Below, in pieces: positions 47,805-59,909 of a stretch of 64,000 bases of DNA. The notes under the pieces are model-generated. The model saw only the letters and a list, made by a program, of their open reading frames with translations, was not told the origin of the DNA and did not search any database. Origin of the DNA: Planctomycetota bacterium (GTDB lineage Bacteria; Planctomycetota; JAJSAM01; JAJVHW01). The position numbers and the translations under genes are program-made. Each line of letters starts with the position of its first letter. The stretch's first letter is position 1. Location: positions 353-64,352 of the forward strand of contig JAJFFG010000128.1 of assembly GCA_021776825.1 (NCBI GenBank), in the 5' to 3' direction.

Positions 47805-48517
47805 GTGATCTCTCCGGGGGCGTCGGCGGGTGGGGGAATGACCGTCTGTGGGGGGATGACTGCCTGTGGGGGGATGACAGCCTGTGAGGGGATGACTGGG
47901 GTTCCGAGGCTGGCGGGGGTCGGACGTTCCCGCGCGGCGTGCTCGAGGAAGCGCGCGAGGAGGGCGGGGCCGTCAGGGGTCATGAACGACTCGGGATGGA
48001 ACTGCACTCCCGTGATCGGGAGCTCGCGGTGGCGGAGAGCCATCAACTCGGGGGCTGCCGAACCCGCACGCTCGGTCCACGCGCAGCGCTCCAGGCATGC
48101 TGGGAGGGGCTCCTCGACCACGAGCGAGTGGTATCGCATGGCGGTCAACGGTTGCGGCAGCCCGGCGAACAGGCCGCGACCGTCGTGATGGACCTCGCTC
48201 GTCTTGCCGTGCAGGAGTCGGTCGGCGGCGGCGACTCGCCCCCCGAACGCCACGCCGATCGCCTGATGACCGAGGCAGACGCCCAGCAGCGGGAGGCGCG
48301 CGGCGGCGGCGGCGCGCACCAGGTCGACGGAGATCCCAGCCTCCGCGGGCGTGCAGGGTCCCGGCGAGAGGAGGATCGCATCCGGGGCCTCGGCGAGCGC
48401 GGCGGGCACGTCCACGGCATCGTTGCGATGCACGACAACGGCGGCACCCAGGGACCTCAACGCTTGGACGAGGTTGTAGGAGAACGAGTCGTAGTTATCG
48501 ACGAGCAGGACGCGCAC
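47801..48517 (-). CDS. Class I glutamine amidotransferase (anthranilate/aminodeoxychorismate synthase component II, TrpG/PabA) with a C-terminal (A/T)VIPPQ repeat tail
   Basis: MRVLLVDNYDSFSYNLVQ...GVCLGHQ...GVQFHPES catalytic triad context. Tail VIPSQAVIPPQAVIPPQTVIPP. Confidence 0.8.
   Translation of the reverse strand: MRVLLVDNYDSFSYNLVQALRSLGAAVVVHRNDAVDVPAALAEAPDAILLSPGPCTPAEAGISVDLVRAAAAARLPLLGVCLGHQAIGVAFGGRVAAADRLLHGKTSEVHHDGRGLFAGLPQPLTAMRYHSLVVEEPLPACLERCAWTERAGSAAPELMALRHRELPITGVQFHPESFMTPDGPALLARFLEHAARERPTPASLGTPVIPSQAVIPPQAVIPPQTVIPPPADAPGEIT
47815..47905. repeat. About 21-bp tandem repeats (ctgtggggggatgac.gc) x4, encoding the VIPPQ tail
   Basis: gaccgtctgtggggggatgactgcctgtggggggatgacagcctgtgaggggatgactgg. 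Confidence 0.7.
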
Positions 48518-48556
48518 CGGCGCCGAGCATACGCCGCAAGGGTGGCGAGCCGGTGT

Positions 48557-50725
48557 TTATCGCGGCGCCGCGACGCGGGTCGGGAGCATCAGTGCGAACA
48601 CGCTTCCGGCCTTCGCGCCGGGCTCGTACCAGACCGTGCCGCCGAGTCGCTCGATCGCCAGGCGGGCCGTCGGCAGGCCGAGACCGAGGCCGGTCGGCTT
48701 GTCGGTGAGGATGTCCCCGAGCTGCTTGAACTTCTCGAAGATCACCGGCCGCAACGTCTCCGGCACGCCGGAGCCGGTATCCGCGATGGCGACGACGGCG
48801 GATTCCGACTCCGCGTAGATCGTGACGTGCACCTCACCGTCAGCCGGGCTGAACTTCGCCGCATTCGAGAGAAGGGCATCGAGCGCCTTGGCGAGCCAGC
48901 GATGGTCTGCCACGGCGGCCGGCATGCCCTCATCCACCCGCACGCGCACCTTGACGCCGCGCTCCTTGAACGCCGGCCGCTGGCGCCTGTACGCCTCGGC
49001 GAGCGCGTCGCGCAGGTCGACGTCCTCGAGCTGGAGCTCGAGGCGGCCGGACTCGAGGACGGACAGGTCGATGACGGACTGCAGGGTCTGCGTCAGGCGC
49101 CCGGACTCCTGCTGGATGATGGCGGCGAACTCCGCGCGGTCCGTGGCGGAGGCCGCGCCGTCATCGGCCGCGGTCGTCCCCAGGATCTCGGCGAACCCAT
49201 TGATCGACGTCAGGGGCGTCATCAGCTCGTGGCTCATCGACGCCAGGAAGTCGTCCTTCATGCGGTCGAGCTGCTTCAGCTCGCGGTTGGCCTGCTCCAG
49301 CTCCTGCGTGCGCTCGGCGACCGTGCGCTCCAGCTCGCGATTGAAGCCCTCGATCCGGCTGTAGAGCCGGACGTTCTCGATGGCGACCGCGGCCTGCGCG
49401 GCGACGGCACCCAGGAAGCGGAGCCGATCGTCACTCTCTGCTCCGCGCGCGCGAACCAGAAGGTAGGCGGTGAGCGCGCCGAGCACCTCGCCCTGGTGCA
49501 CAAGGGGAGCGACCAGCGCGGCCAACGGCCCGGGCTCGTCGACGCCAGGTGGCTGTAGGAGCGCCGGGTCCTCGGACGCCGTGATCATGAACGGATCACC
49601 GGCCAGAACGCGCTGCACGAGCGCCGGCTCGGCACCGCCGCGACGCGCGATCGGGTCCTGAGAGAACCCGCGAACGAGTCGCTCCTCGAGGCGTCCGCCG
49701 TCGCGGTCGAGGAGCAGCACGCTCCCGTGCGTGGTGCCCACCGTCTTGGTCGCCTGTTCGAGAACCCGCTCGAGGAGCCGGTCGCTGTCGAGCTCACTGG
49801 CGATGACGACGCCCGTCGCATGCAGCCCAGCGAGGTGATTGACGTGATCGGAGAGTTGGGTGCGCGTCTCGTTCAACTCGGTGAGCAGTCGAGCGGACTC
49901 CATGTTCGTCTCGACGGCCCGCTCGAGGAGTTCCTCGACGTCGGGCACCTCCTGCTCACCCGTGACGGTGGCCACCTCGATGACCGCCGGTCGGCGCGCG
50001 GTGAAGGCCGCCGCCCCGGCCAGCGAGTGGGGCGCGGGGACGTCGGCGGGATGGGCGCCGCCGAGGCGCTCGTAGTCCTCGCGGAACTCGCCGAAGCGCT
50101 CTGCGACGTTCGCCGCGAGCACCGTCGGGTCGGCCAGGCGATGCTCTGTAGCCAGCCGCACCAGCATGTCGCCGGTGAGACTCGAGAACGCCTCGAAGAC
50201 ACCCTCACCCGTCGTCGCGATGGTCGCGATGTCCGACACGCCGGCCGGGTTCAACGCCTCGCGTAGGTGCTCGACCGGGACCGGCGCGGGGACGTCGCGC
50301 TTGTTGTACTGAATGAAGATCGGCACGATCCGGCGGTCGATGCCGTTCACCTCGAGGTTCTCCTCGAGGTTGCGCAGCGCCACGATGTTGTCCTCGAAGG
50401 CTTCCGGGCGTGAGTCGGCGACGAAGATGATCCCGTCGGCGCCGCGCAGCACGTAGCGACGGGTGAGCGCGTACTTGACCTGGCCGGGCACGGTGAACGC
50501 CTGCAGCTTCACGTGGAAGCCGCCCAGGGACCCGAGCGGGATCGGCAGGAAGTCGAAGAACAGGGTCCGGTCGCCCTGGGTGTTCAGCGAGACGAGCTCG
50601 GTGCGGCCCTGCGGATCGATCACGCGGTGCACGTGCTTCAGGCTGGTGGTCTTGCCTGACAGCGCCGTGCCGTAGTAGACGATCTTCGCGTTGATCGTCC
50701 GGTCCCGCAGATTGATGAGGCTCAT
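48557..50725 (-). CDS. Fusion protein: MglA-like Ras-superfamily GTPase domain + GAF domain + histidine kinase (HisKA + HATPase_c)
   Basis: ATG 50725 (MSLINLRDRTINAKIVYYGTALSGKTTS). G1 GTALSGKTT, switch I TDRTLFFDF, G3 YTVPGQ, G4 QYNKRD, collinear with M. xanthus MglA. Then GAF (GSVLLLDRDGG...VLGALTAYL), H-box SMSHELMTPL, N/G boxes LLSNAAKFS...IADTGSGV...GLGLGL. Confidence 0.8.
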   Translation of the reverse strand: MSLINLRDRTINAKIVYYGTALSGKTTSLKHVHRVIDPQGRTELVSLNTQGDRTLFFDFLPIPLGSLGGFHVKLQAFTVPGQVKYALTRRYVLRGADGIIFVADSRPEAFEDNIVALRNLEENLEVNGIDRRIVPIFIQYNKRDVPAPVPVEHLREALNPAGVSDIATIATTGEGVFEAFSSLTGDMLVRLATEHRLADPTVLAANVAERFGEFREDYERLGGAHPADVPAPHSLAGAAAFTARRPAVIEVATVTGEQEVPDVEELLERAVETNMESARLLTELNETRTQLSDHVNHLAGLHATGVVIASELDSDRLLERVLEQATKTVGTTHGSVLLLDRDGGRLEERLVRGFSQDPIARRGGAEPALVQRVLAGDPFMITASEDPALLQPPGVDEPGPLAALVAPLVHQGEVLGALTAYLLVRARGAESDDRLRFLGAVAAQAAVAIENVRLYSRIEGFNRELERTVAERTQELEQANRELKQLDRMKDDFLASMSHELMTPLTSINGFAEILGTTAADDGAASATDRAEFAAIIQQESGRLTQTLQSVIDLSVLESGRLELQLEDVDLRDALAEAYRRQRPAFKERGVKVRVRVDEGMPAAVADHRWLAKALDALLSNAAKFSPADGEVHVTIYAESESAVVAIADTGSGVPETLRPVIFEKFKQLGDILTDKPTGLGLGLPTARLAIERLGGTVWYEPGAKAGSVFALMLPTRVAAPR

Positions 50726-50824
50726 GAGTTCTCGTAGGTCTGGTACCCGGGGCGGCGAAGACACCACCTCGGTTCCATATCGAGACGGCACCCACTCGCG
50801 CTTGAGGCGCGGCGAGGACCCCCG

Positions 50825-52018
50825 ATGAGCACCACGCCCGCGCGAGAGCGCTACCTGGACCACAACGCCTCTGCTCCGCTGCTCCCCGAGGCTCGCGAAG
50901 CGCTCCTGCGGTCGCTCGAGCTCGGTCCAGGAAACCCGTCGAGCGCGCACGCGGCCGGTCGGCGGCTGCGGAGCGCACTGGAGTGTGCCCGGGAGGAGAT
51001 CGCCGAGCTCGTCGGCGCCGACCCTCGCCAAGTGGTTCTGACCTCCGGCACAACGGAGTCCAACGTCCTGGGGGTCCGTGGTGCGCTCGGCGCCCATCCC
51101 GGCCCCGGTCGCGGACTCGTGACGACCGCCGCCGCCCACGCGTCGCTCCGTCAGCTCGCGGACCGTCTCGCGCTGGAGGGCGTGCCCGTCCAGGAGGTGG
51201 GCGTCAGCCCGACGTTCCGGCACGATCCGGACGACATCGGGCGGGCAGCGCGTGGAGCGGCGGTCGTGGCGTTGACGCTCGCGGAGTCGGTCACCGGCAC
51301 CCTGCAGCCAGTCACCGAGTCCGCGGCGCGGGCGCGGGCGGCCGGAGCACGGGTCCACGTCGACGCGGCACAGGCCGTGGGCCGCCTCCCCGTCTCGCTC
51401 GCCAGCACCGGAGCGGACCTACTCGCCATCTCCTCCCACAAGATCGGCGGCCCGGCCGGGATCGGCGCGCTCATCGTCGCCAATGACGTTCCGATCGCCA
51501 GTCCGGCGGGTCTCGGCGCACAGGAGCGGGGACGTCGACCAGGAACGGAGTCGGTGGCGCTGGCCGCCGCCTTTGGCGCCGCCGCGCGCGTCGTCGCGGC
51601 GCGCCGAGACGAGTCCGCGCGACATACTCGAGACGTCCTCGCGCCACTGCGTGACTACGTCGACGTCGCACCGGGGGCCGCGTGGTGCACACCCCGCGAC
51701 GCGCTGCCGAACACGGCGCTCATCACATTCGCCGGGTGTCCGGGGGAGGCCATCCTCGCCGCACTCGATGGACGCGGAATCCGGGTCTCCACGGGATCGG
51801 CGTGCGCCAGCGGAGCGCGCACTGCGCCACACGTGCTGCTCGCCGCGGGGTGGACGGCTGCGCGGGCGAGCGAAGCTGTGCGCGTCTCTGTCGGGTGGAG
51901 CACGCAGCGCGAGGACGTCACGGCGTTGGTCGGTGCGTTGCGCGATGTCACGGCGACGGTGCGCGGTGCGTTCGCCGTCGCCGACGTCGGCCCCGAAAAA
52001 AGTTTGCCAAATCCATGA
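50825..52018 (+). CDS. Cysteine desulfurase (IscS/NifS, class V aminotransferase)
   Basis: SSHKIGGPAGIGALIV PLP-lysine motif, TSGTTESN. Divergent from the GTPase-HK gene. Confidence 0.88.
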   Translation: MSTTPARERYLDHNASAPLLPEAREALLRSLELGPGNPSSAHAAGRRLRSALECAREEIAELVGADPRQVVLTSGTTESNVLGVRGALGAHPGPGRGLVTTAAAHASLRQLADRLALEGVPVQEVGVSPTFRHDPDDIGRAARGAAVVALTLAESVTGTLQPVTESAARARAAGARVHVDAAQAVGRLPVSLASTGADLLAISSHKIGGPAGIGALIVANDVPIASPAGLGAQERGRRPGTESVALAAAFGAAARVVAARRDESARHTRDVLAPLRDYVDVAPGAAWCTPRDALPNTALITFAGCPGEAILAALDGRGIRVSTGSACASGARTAPHVLLAAGWTAARASEAVRVSVGWSTQREDVTALVGALRDVTATVRGAFAVADVGPEKSLPNP

Positions 52019-52228
52019 CGTCCGAAGAGGCGCGATCTCGCTGAGATGCAGGGTTCATCTAGGTGTTGGGCGAATCGCATCTCTCTCGTGCGCCCTTTGA
52101 CACCGCTCGTCGTGTGGCTATATTTGTCCTTCCCCAACGCGGTGGCGCACAGCGACTCCGGCAGGAAGGCGCGGCGCGGAACGGGCTCCATCGCGAGTGA
52201 TCGTGATGCTCATTTGGCGGCTTGAGGT

Positions 52229-53761
52229 ATGTCCCGATTCGAAGTGCAATGCACTCCGTCTCGTGACGCAACGCGACAGCCCGACAACGGTTCGGGCGGC
52301 GGGAGGAACGCTGGGCGAATGGCGGGTGAGAACGCCGGCACCGGCTCTGGTCGCACGATCCTCGAGATCGTCCGCGAGCGCGTCTCGCGGCAGCAGTTCC
52401 AGACCTGGTTCCGTGACCTCGATCTGTCGCGCATCGACGGCAAGACGTATGTCTTCTCCGCGCCGAACGCGTTCGTGAAGCAGTGGATCGAGAGCTACTA
52501 CCTCGACGCCTTGCGTGACGCGGTCGAGGCGACGGCTGGCATGCCCCACGATGTCCGCGTGGACGTCGGTGATGACGCTCTTCCCACGCCGGCTGAGCGC
52601 CGCGAGCGGCGTCCTCGCGCCGAAGCGGCGCCAGCGACCCCCGTCCGCCCGGCCATCCCGGCGGCGCCCCGCATCACCACCCGTCGCCACGGCGCCGAAC
52701 TCTTCGGGCACCCCCGCTATCGTCACTTCCTGTCGGACGTGATCCTGAACGACGACTACGTCTTCGAGAACTTCGTCGTCGGGCCGAGTAATCACCTCGC
52801 CCACGCCGCGTCGAGCGCCGTCGCGAACGCGCCGGGTGACGCCTACAACCCGCTCTTCCTGCACGGCGCCGTCGGCCTCGGTAAGACACACCTGCTCCAG
52901 GCGCTCTGCCACCGCGTCCTCTCGAAGCGCCCCGACGCGAAGATCATCTACCTCTCCTGCGAGTCGTTCGTGAACCAGTTCATCGCCGGCGTCGCGGAGG
53001 GGGGTCTCCAGGACTTCCGCTACCGCTACCGGCACGTGGACATGCTGCTGATCGACGACATCCACTTCCTCGCGCGGAAGGAGCGGACGCAGGAGGAGTT
53101 CTTCCACACGTTCAACACGCTCTACAACTCGAAGAAGCAGATCATCCTGTCGTGCGACAGCCCGCCACGGGAGATCCCGACGCTCGAGGACCGCCTCGTC
53201 AGCCGGTTCAAGTGGGGCCTGGTCACCCAGATCCTCGAGCCGGACCACGAGACGCGTGTGTCGATCGTGCGACAGAAGGCCCAGCGTCGCGGCTACGAGT
53301 TGCCGGACGACGTGACCGACCTCATCGCGGACCACATCACCGCCAATGTCCGAGAGCTCGAGGGTGCGGTCCTCCGCGTCTCGAGTTACGCCTCGCTCTC
53401 CGGTCGCCCGCTCACGCTCGAGCTGGCGCGGGAGGCTCTGCGCGACCTGATTCAGCCGAAGACGCGCAAGGTCACGATCGAGACCATCATCCGTGTCACG
53501 TCCGAGCACTTCGGTGTGAAGCCGTCCGAGATGATGGGCAAGCGGCGACACAAGTCGATCTCGCGCCCGCGTCAGATGGCGATGTACCTCGCCCGCCGCA
53601 TGACGGATCACTCGCTCGTCGAGATCGGGGCTCACTTCGGTGGCCGTGACCACACCACGGTCATCTACGCGAACGAGAAGATCGCGCGCGAACTCGAGAC
53701 GCTTCCTCGCCTGAAGGAAGACCTCGAGATCGTCATCCGCCGGATTCGCGCGGGAGAGTAG
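52229..53761 (+). CDS. dnaA: Chromosomal replication initiator DnaA
   Basis: AAA+ GAVGLGKTHLLQA, LLIDDIHFL, C-terminal DNA-binding domain RPRQMAMYLAR. Confidence 0.97.
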   Translation: MSRFEVQCTPSRDATRQPDNGSGGGRNAGRMAGENAGTGSGRTILEIVRERVSRQQFQTWFRDLDLSRIDGKTYVFSAPNAFVKQWIESYYLDALRDAVEATAGMPHDVRVDVGDDALPTPAERRERRPRAEAAPATPVRPAIPAAPRITTRRHGAELFGHPRYRHFLSDVILNDDYVFENFVVGPSNHLAHAASSAVANAPGDAYNPLFLHGAVGLGKTHLLQALCHRVLSKRPDAKIIYLSCESFVNQFIAGVAEGGLQDFRYRYRHVDMLLIDDIHFLARKERTQEEFFHTFNTLYNSKKQIILSCDSPPREIPTLEDRLVSRFKWGLVTQILEPDHETRVSIVRQKAQRRGYELPDDVTDLIADHITANVRELEGAVLRVSSYASLSGRPLTLELAREALRDLIQPKTRKVTIETIIRVTSEHFGVKPSEMMGKRRHKSISRPRQMAMYLARRMTDHSLVEIGAHFGGRDHTTVIYANEKIARELETLPRLKEDLEIVIRRIRAGE

Positions 53762-54214
53762 TGGTCAAGGCCCCAGTCGCCCGCGTCGGTCGACGCGGGC
53801 GGTATGGCGCCTTCCACCGGCGACGCCACAAAGTTATCCACCACGTAAGTCAATCCGATAGAGCGACTTACGTGTCCTTCTCGAGCACCGACCCCACCAT
53901 GTCTCCACCGGTCACGGACACGTTGTGCCCGGCGCCGCCCGCGACGGCTTCCGCCCTGTGGGAAGTGTCTTCGGAAGGGTCTTTGGGGCTGGGTAGAATC
54001 GTCCATCTGTCCACAGGCGTGACGCGCCCTCGCCAACTCTCGGTCAAGTCGGCACAGTTCGTCCGCTTGCCTTCCACCGTGGACAACTCGGTGGAGAAAC
54101 GGATCGGGGGCACGGGTCTGGCCTCGTGTCGCCTCTCTGAGCACTGTGGATCCCCAACATCCACCGACCATATGAATACGATTACAGAACAAGAACCCCT
54201 CATAGGAGGGGCTC
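53762..54214. promoter_or_regulatory. oriC: Candidate oriC (dnaA-dnaN intergenic) with several DnaA-box-like 9-mers and a locally AT-richer stretch next to dnaN
   Basis: TTATCCACC (about 53833), CTGTCCACA (about 54017), TTGTCCACG on the minus strand (about 54080), TGTGGATCC (about 54140). catatgaatacgattacagaacaagaa is the most AT-rich 27-mer in the region. Confidence 0.6.
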
Positions 54215-55336
54215 GTGGAGAGAACTCAGATGCGCTTTACCTGTGATCGCGATGATCTCCTGAAGGCAGTCCAGTCGGTGTCGGGTGTCGTGGCGAGTAA
54301 GGGCGTCCACCCCGTCTACGAGAGCGTTCAGATCACCGCCGAAAACGATGCCCTCACGCTCTCAGCCACTGATCTGGAGATCGGCATGCGTGTGCATGTC
54401 GGCCCAGGCGAGTCGCTCCGCATCGAGCGACCGGGCACCGCGGTTGTGCCGGCCCAGCGTCTGGGCGCCATCTGCCGCGAGCTCTCCAAGGGCGAGCTGA
54501 TCTTCGACTGGGACGCCGAGCGTCGCGAGTGCACGCTGCAGGCGGGAAGGGGACGCTTCCAACTGCAGGGCCCCTCGCCCGAGGACTTCCCGGAGATCCC
54601 GGACGTCGGCGGAGCCGAGGAGGTCGCGATCAACGCGGGCGTGCTGCGCCAGATGATCAAGCGCACTGCGTTCGCGGCGGCCAAGGAGCGGATGCGCTTC
54701 GCGCTGAACGGACTGCTCCTGAAGGTGGAAGGGGAGTCCCTCGAACTCGTCGCCACCGATGGACGACGCCTGGCGGTGGACCAGGGAGCGTGCACGAACC
54801 CCGGCGGTGTCTCACTGCGCGCGATCGTTCCGACGAAGGGCCTGCAGCAGTTGGACAAGGCGCTGAGTGATCCCGCCTCGAGCGTCTGGATCTCGATCGG
54901 CAACAACCACTTCCGCGGCCGTACCGAACGAGTCACGGTGGTCTCGCGTCTCGTCGAGGGAAGCTTCCCTGGCTACAAGGAAGTCATCCCCGCGAACTGC
55001 TCGCACGGAGCGACCATTCCGCGCGACGAGTTGGTCTCCACGTTGCGCCGAGCGTCGCTCGTGACGAGTCGTGACGCCCAATGTGTGCGCCTGCGCTTCC
55101 ATACTGAGGGCCTGACGGTGTCTGCGCGCTCCGCCGAGGGTTCGGCCGAGGAGACGCTTTCGTGCGCGTACGAGGGCGAGGAGGAGCTGCTGGGGTTCAA
55201 CCCGGACTTCCTCCTCGAGGCGCTCGCCGTCCTGCCCGCCGGAGACATCGCGTTCGCATGGAACGGCAAGGCCTCTCCGGGCAAGATCACGGAGGGGTCG
55301 TACACGTACGTTGTGATGCCCGTCAGCATCGAGTGA
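54215..55336 (+). CDS. dnaN: DNA polymerase III beta sliding clamp
   Basis: GTG 54215 (alternative ATG 54230). MRFTCDRDDLLKAVQSV. Three-domain clamp. Confidence 0.95.
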   Translation: MERTQMRFTCDRDDLLKAVQSVSGVVASKGVHPVYESVQITAENDALTLSATDLEIGMRVHVGPGESLRIERPGTAVVPAQRLGAICRELSKGELIFDWDAERRECTLQAGRGRFQLQGPSPEDFPEIPDVGGAEEVAINAGVLRQMIKRTAFAAAKERMRFALNGLLLKVEGESLELVATDGRRLAVDQGACTNPGGVSLRAIVPTKGLQQLDKALSDPASSVWISIGNNHFRGRTERVTVVSRLVEGSFPGYKEVIPANCSHGATIPRDELVSTLRRASLVTSRDAQCVRLRFHTEGLTVSARSAEGSAEETLSCAYEGEEELLGFNPDFLLEALAVLPAGDIAFAWNGKASPGKITEGSYTYVVMPVSIE

Positions 55337-55434
55337 GTGCCGCCCACGGGGGTGGTGGCGGTGGAGCGCCTGGCCATGGCGGGCGTCGCCGCGGGGGTGA
55401 TCCGGAGTCGCTCCAGAACATCCTCTCGCGGGTC

Positions 55435-58289
<2,855 letters not shown>

Positions 58290-58444
58290 CCCGGATCGTC
58301 CACGCGGGCGTCGCGAGACCGCGTGAGCACCGCCGTTCGCGCAGAGTTCCGCATGCTGCGCTCAGGCTCCCGCCGCTCGGCGTCCGATAGGGGTGAGACG
58401 GTCGCGGTCTCCGTTGGGACCGCCTCACCCTGCCGAGCCCACCC

Positions 58445-59296
58445 ATGTACCGACGCCACCTCGAGAAGCTCGCCCGAACCCGCCTCGATGATGTCCTCCT
58501 CGACGAGGGCCTGATCGAGCGTTCGCATATCGAGGACGCTCAGGCCGAGCAGGAGATGACTGGGAACCAGTTGTCCCACGTGCTCTTCGAGCGCGAGGCG
58601 CTGGATGAGTGGGAGCTCGCGAAGATCGTCTCGACGCACTACTCGTTGCCGTTCATCGACGTCTCCAACTACGCCATCCCTCGCCCGGCGGTGGACCTGC
58701 TCCCCCGCGAGTTCTGCGAGAGCTACAGCATCGTGCCGATCGACGTGTTCGGCGAGGCCATGGCCTTGGCTGTGTGCGAGATGCCGTCGCCCGAGCTGCT
58801 CAAGGAGATCATCGAGCGATCCAAGCGGACGCCGTTCCTCTACGTCGCCGTGCGGCGAGCCATCCATGACGCGCTCAAGGACCAGGCCAAGGATGCGGCG
58901 AAGGCCGCGAAGCGTCGGCCGAAGGCAGCCGTGAAGCCAAAGCCGGTCCCGGTCGAGAAGCCGACCGAAGCGACGGCCGTGGCCGTCGCCGAACCGGAGC
59001 CGCAGATCGAACTCGTGACGCCCTCTGAGCCAGAAGCGCCCGCGCCACCGCGACGCGTGACGGCTCCGCTCGGAGAGCTCCCCCCGATCACGATGAAGCT
59101 CGGTTCCTCGATGCACGGACCGTCGGCGGCAGCGCCGGTGCGGACCCCATCGGCGAAGCCGGTCGTCTCGAGGTTCGGTGGCGGGGCGAAGAAGAAGCCA
59201 GCGGCGAAGACCGCGAAGACCGGGAAGCCTGGGGAGCCCGGCGACGGAAGCTGGGAGTCGATCTTCGACTTCGGCGACGACGCCATCGGCAAGTAG
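58445..59296 (+). CDS. Type II secretion system protein E N-terminal (T2SSE_N/MshEN-like) domain protein with a Lys/Ala/Pro-rich C-terminal tail
   Basis: LDDVLLDEGLIERSHIEDAQAEQ...QLSHVLFEREALDEWELAKIVSTHYSLPFIDVSNYAI...LLPREFCESYSIVPID fits the T2SSE_N pattern. Confidence 0.6.
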   Translation: MYRRHLEKLARTRLDDVLLDEGLIERSHIEDAQAEQEMTGNQLSHVLFEREALDEWELAKIVSTHYSLPFIDVSNYAIPRPAVDLLPREFCESYSIVPIDVFGEAMALAVCEMPSPELLKEIIERSKRTPFLYVAVRRAIHDALKDQAKDAAKAAKRRPKAAVKPKPVPVEKPTEATAVAVAEPEPQIELVTPSEPEAPAPPRRVTAPLGELPPITMKLGSSMHGPSAAAPVRTPSAKPVVSRFGGGAKKKPAAKTAKTGKPGEPGDGSWESIFDFGDDAIGK

Positions 59297-59385
59297 CCGG
59301 TCGCGCTAGGAGTCCGTCCCGGTCGACTCGTCGGAGCGGCCACTCCGCCCAGGCACGCCGTCCGCCGCATTTGTCAGGCTCGAGG

Positions 59386-59770
59386 TTACTCAGGAGTTGG
59401 TCTGGGCTCGTCGGCCAGCCTGTCCTCCGTCTCGCCTGACCCGTGCTCCGTCTGCTCGTGTTCCGTCCGAACCGGCCCGGCCTCCGACGGGACCGAGATG
59501 TCCTCCGTCGCGACCTCTGTCGGGGCGCTCGCTCCGGGCGCGGGCAATGCGGTGAGCGCCTGTTCGATCGGCGCCCTCGCATCGTCCCACGCGCGGCGCA
59601 CGCTGCGTCGCGGATCGAGGTCGCGAACGTCCACCCCGACCGCGTCGGTGGTCTCCTTCAGCCCGCGCTTCAGCTCGGCGAGGCTTCGTCCGACCGCTGC
59701 GGCGACCTCGGGGAGCTTGCCGCCGTAGACGAGGAGCGCCACGAAGAGGATGAGGGCGATCTCTCCCATC
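59386..59770 (-). CDS. tatA: Twin-arginine translocase TatA/TatE family protein
   Basis: MGEIALILFVALLVYGGKLPEVAAAVGRSLAELKRG. GGAG N6 ATG. Alternative start at 59781. Confidence 0.8.
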
Positions 59771-59909
59771 CCGAGCTCCATGGTGGCGCGTGCTCCTTTG
59801 TCTGCCGGATAGCAACCGGTGTCTCTCAGCGAGCGACTGGCTCTCTCGGGCGGCGACGGGCGACACGGCGGGTGAGGTCGCCCCCGGCCCGGCTCCGCCC
59901 CAGCCGGTC

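Noticed and set aside
52229-53761. Off-by-one disagreement between printed position labels and ORF-track frames (also at 47801-47805)
   Set aside because: This is not biology. It indicates a line-length irregularity in the printed sequence. ORF-track coordinates were used as the reference and internal starts were derived by codon offset.
59781-59781. Longer TatA start (MELGMGEIAL…)
   Set aside because: The Shine-Dalgarno (GGAG N6) fits the downstream ATG at 59770, and canonical TatA proteins begin MG…. Retained only as an alternative.
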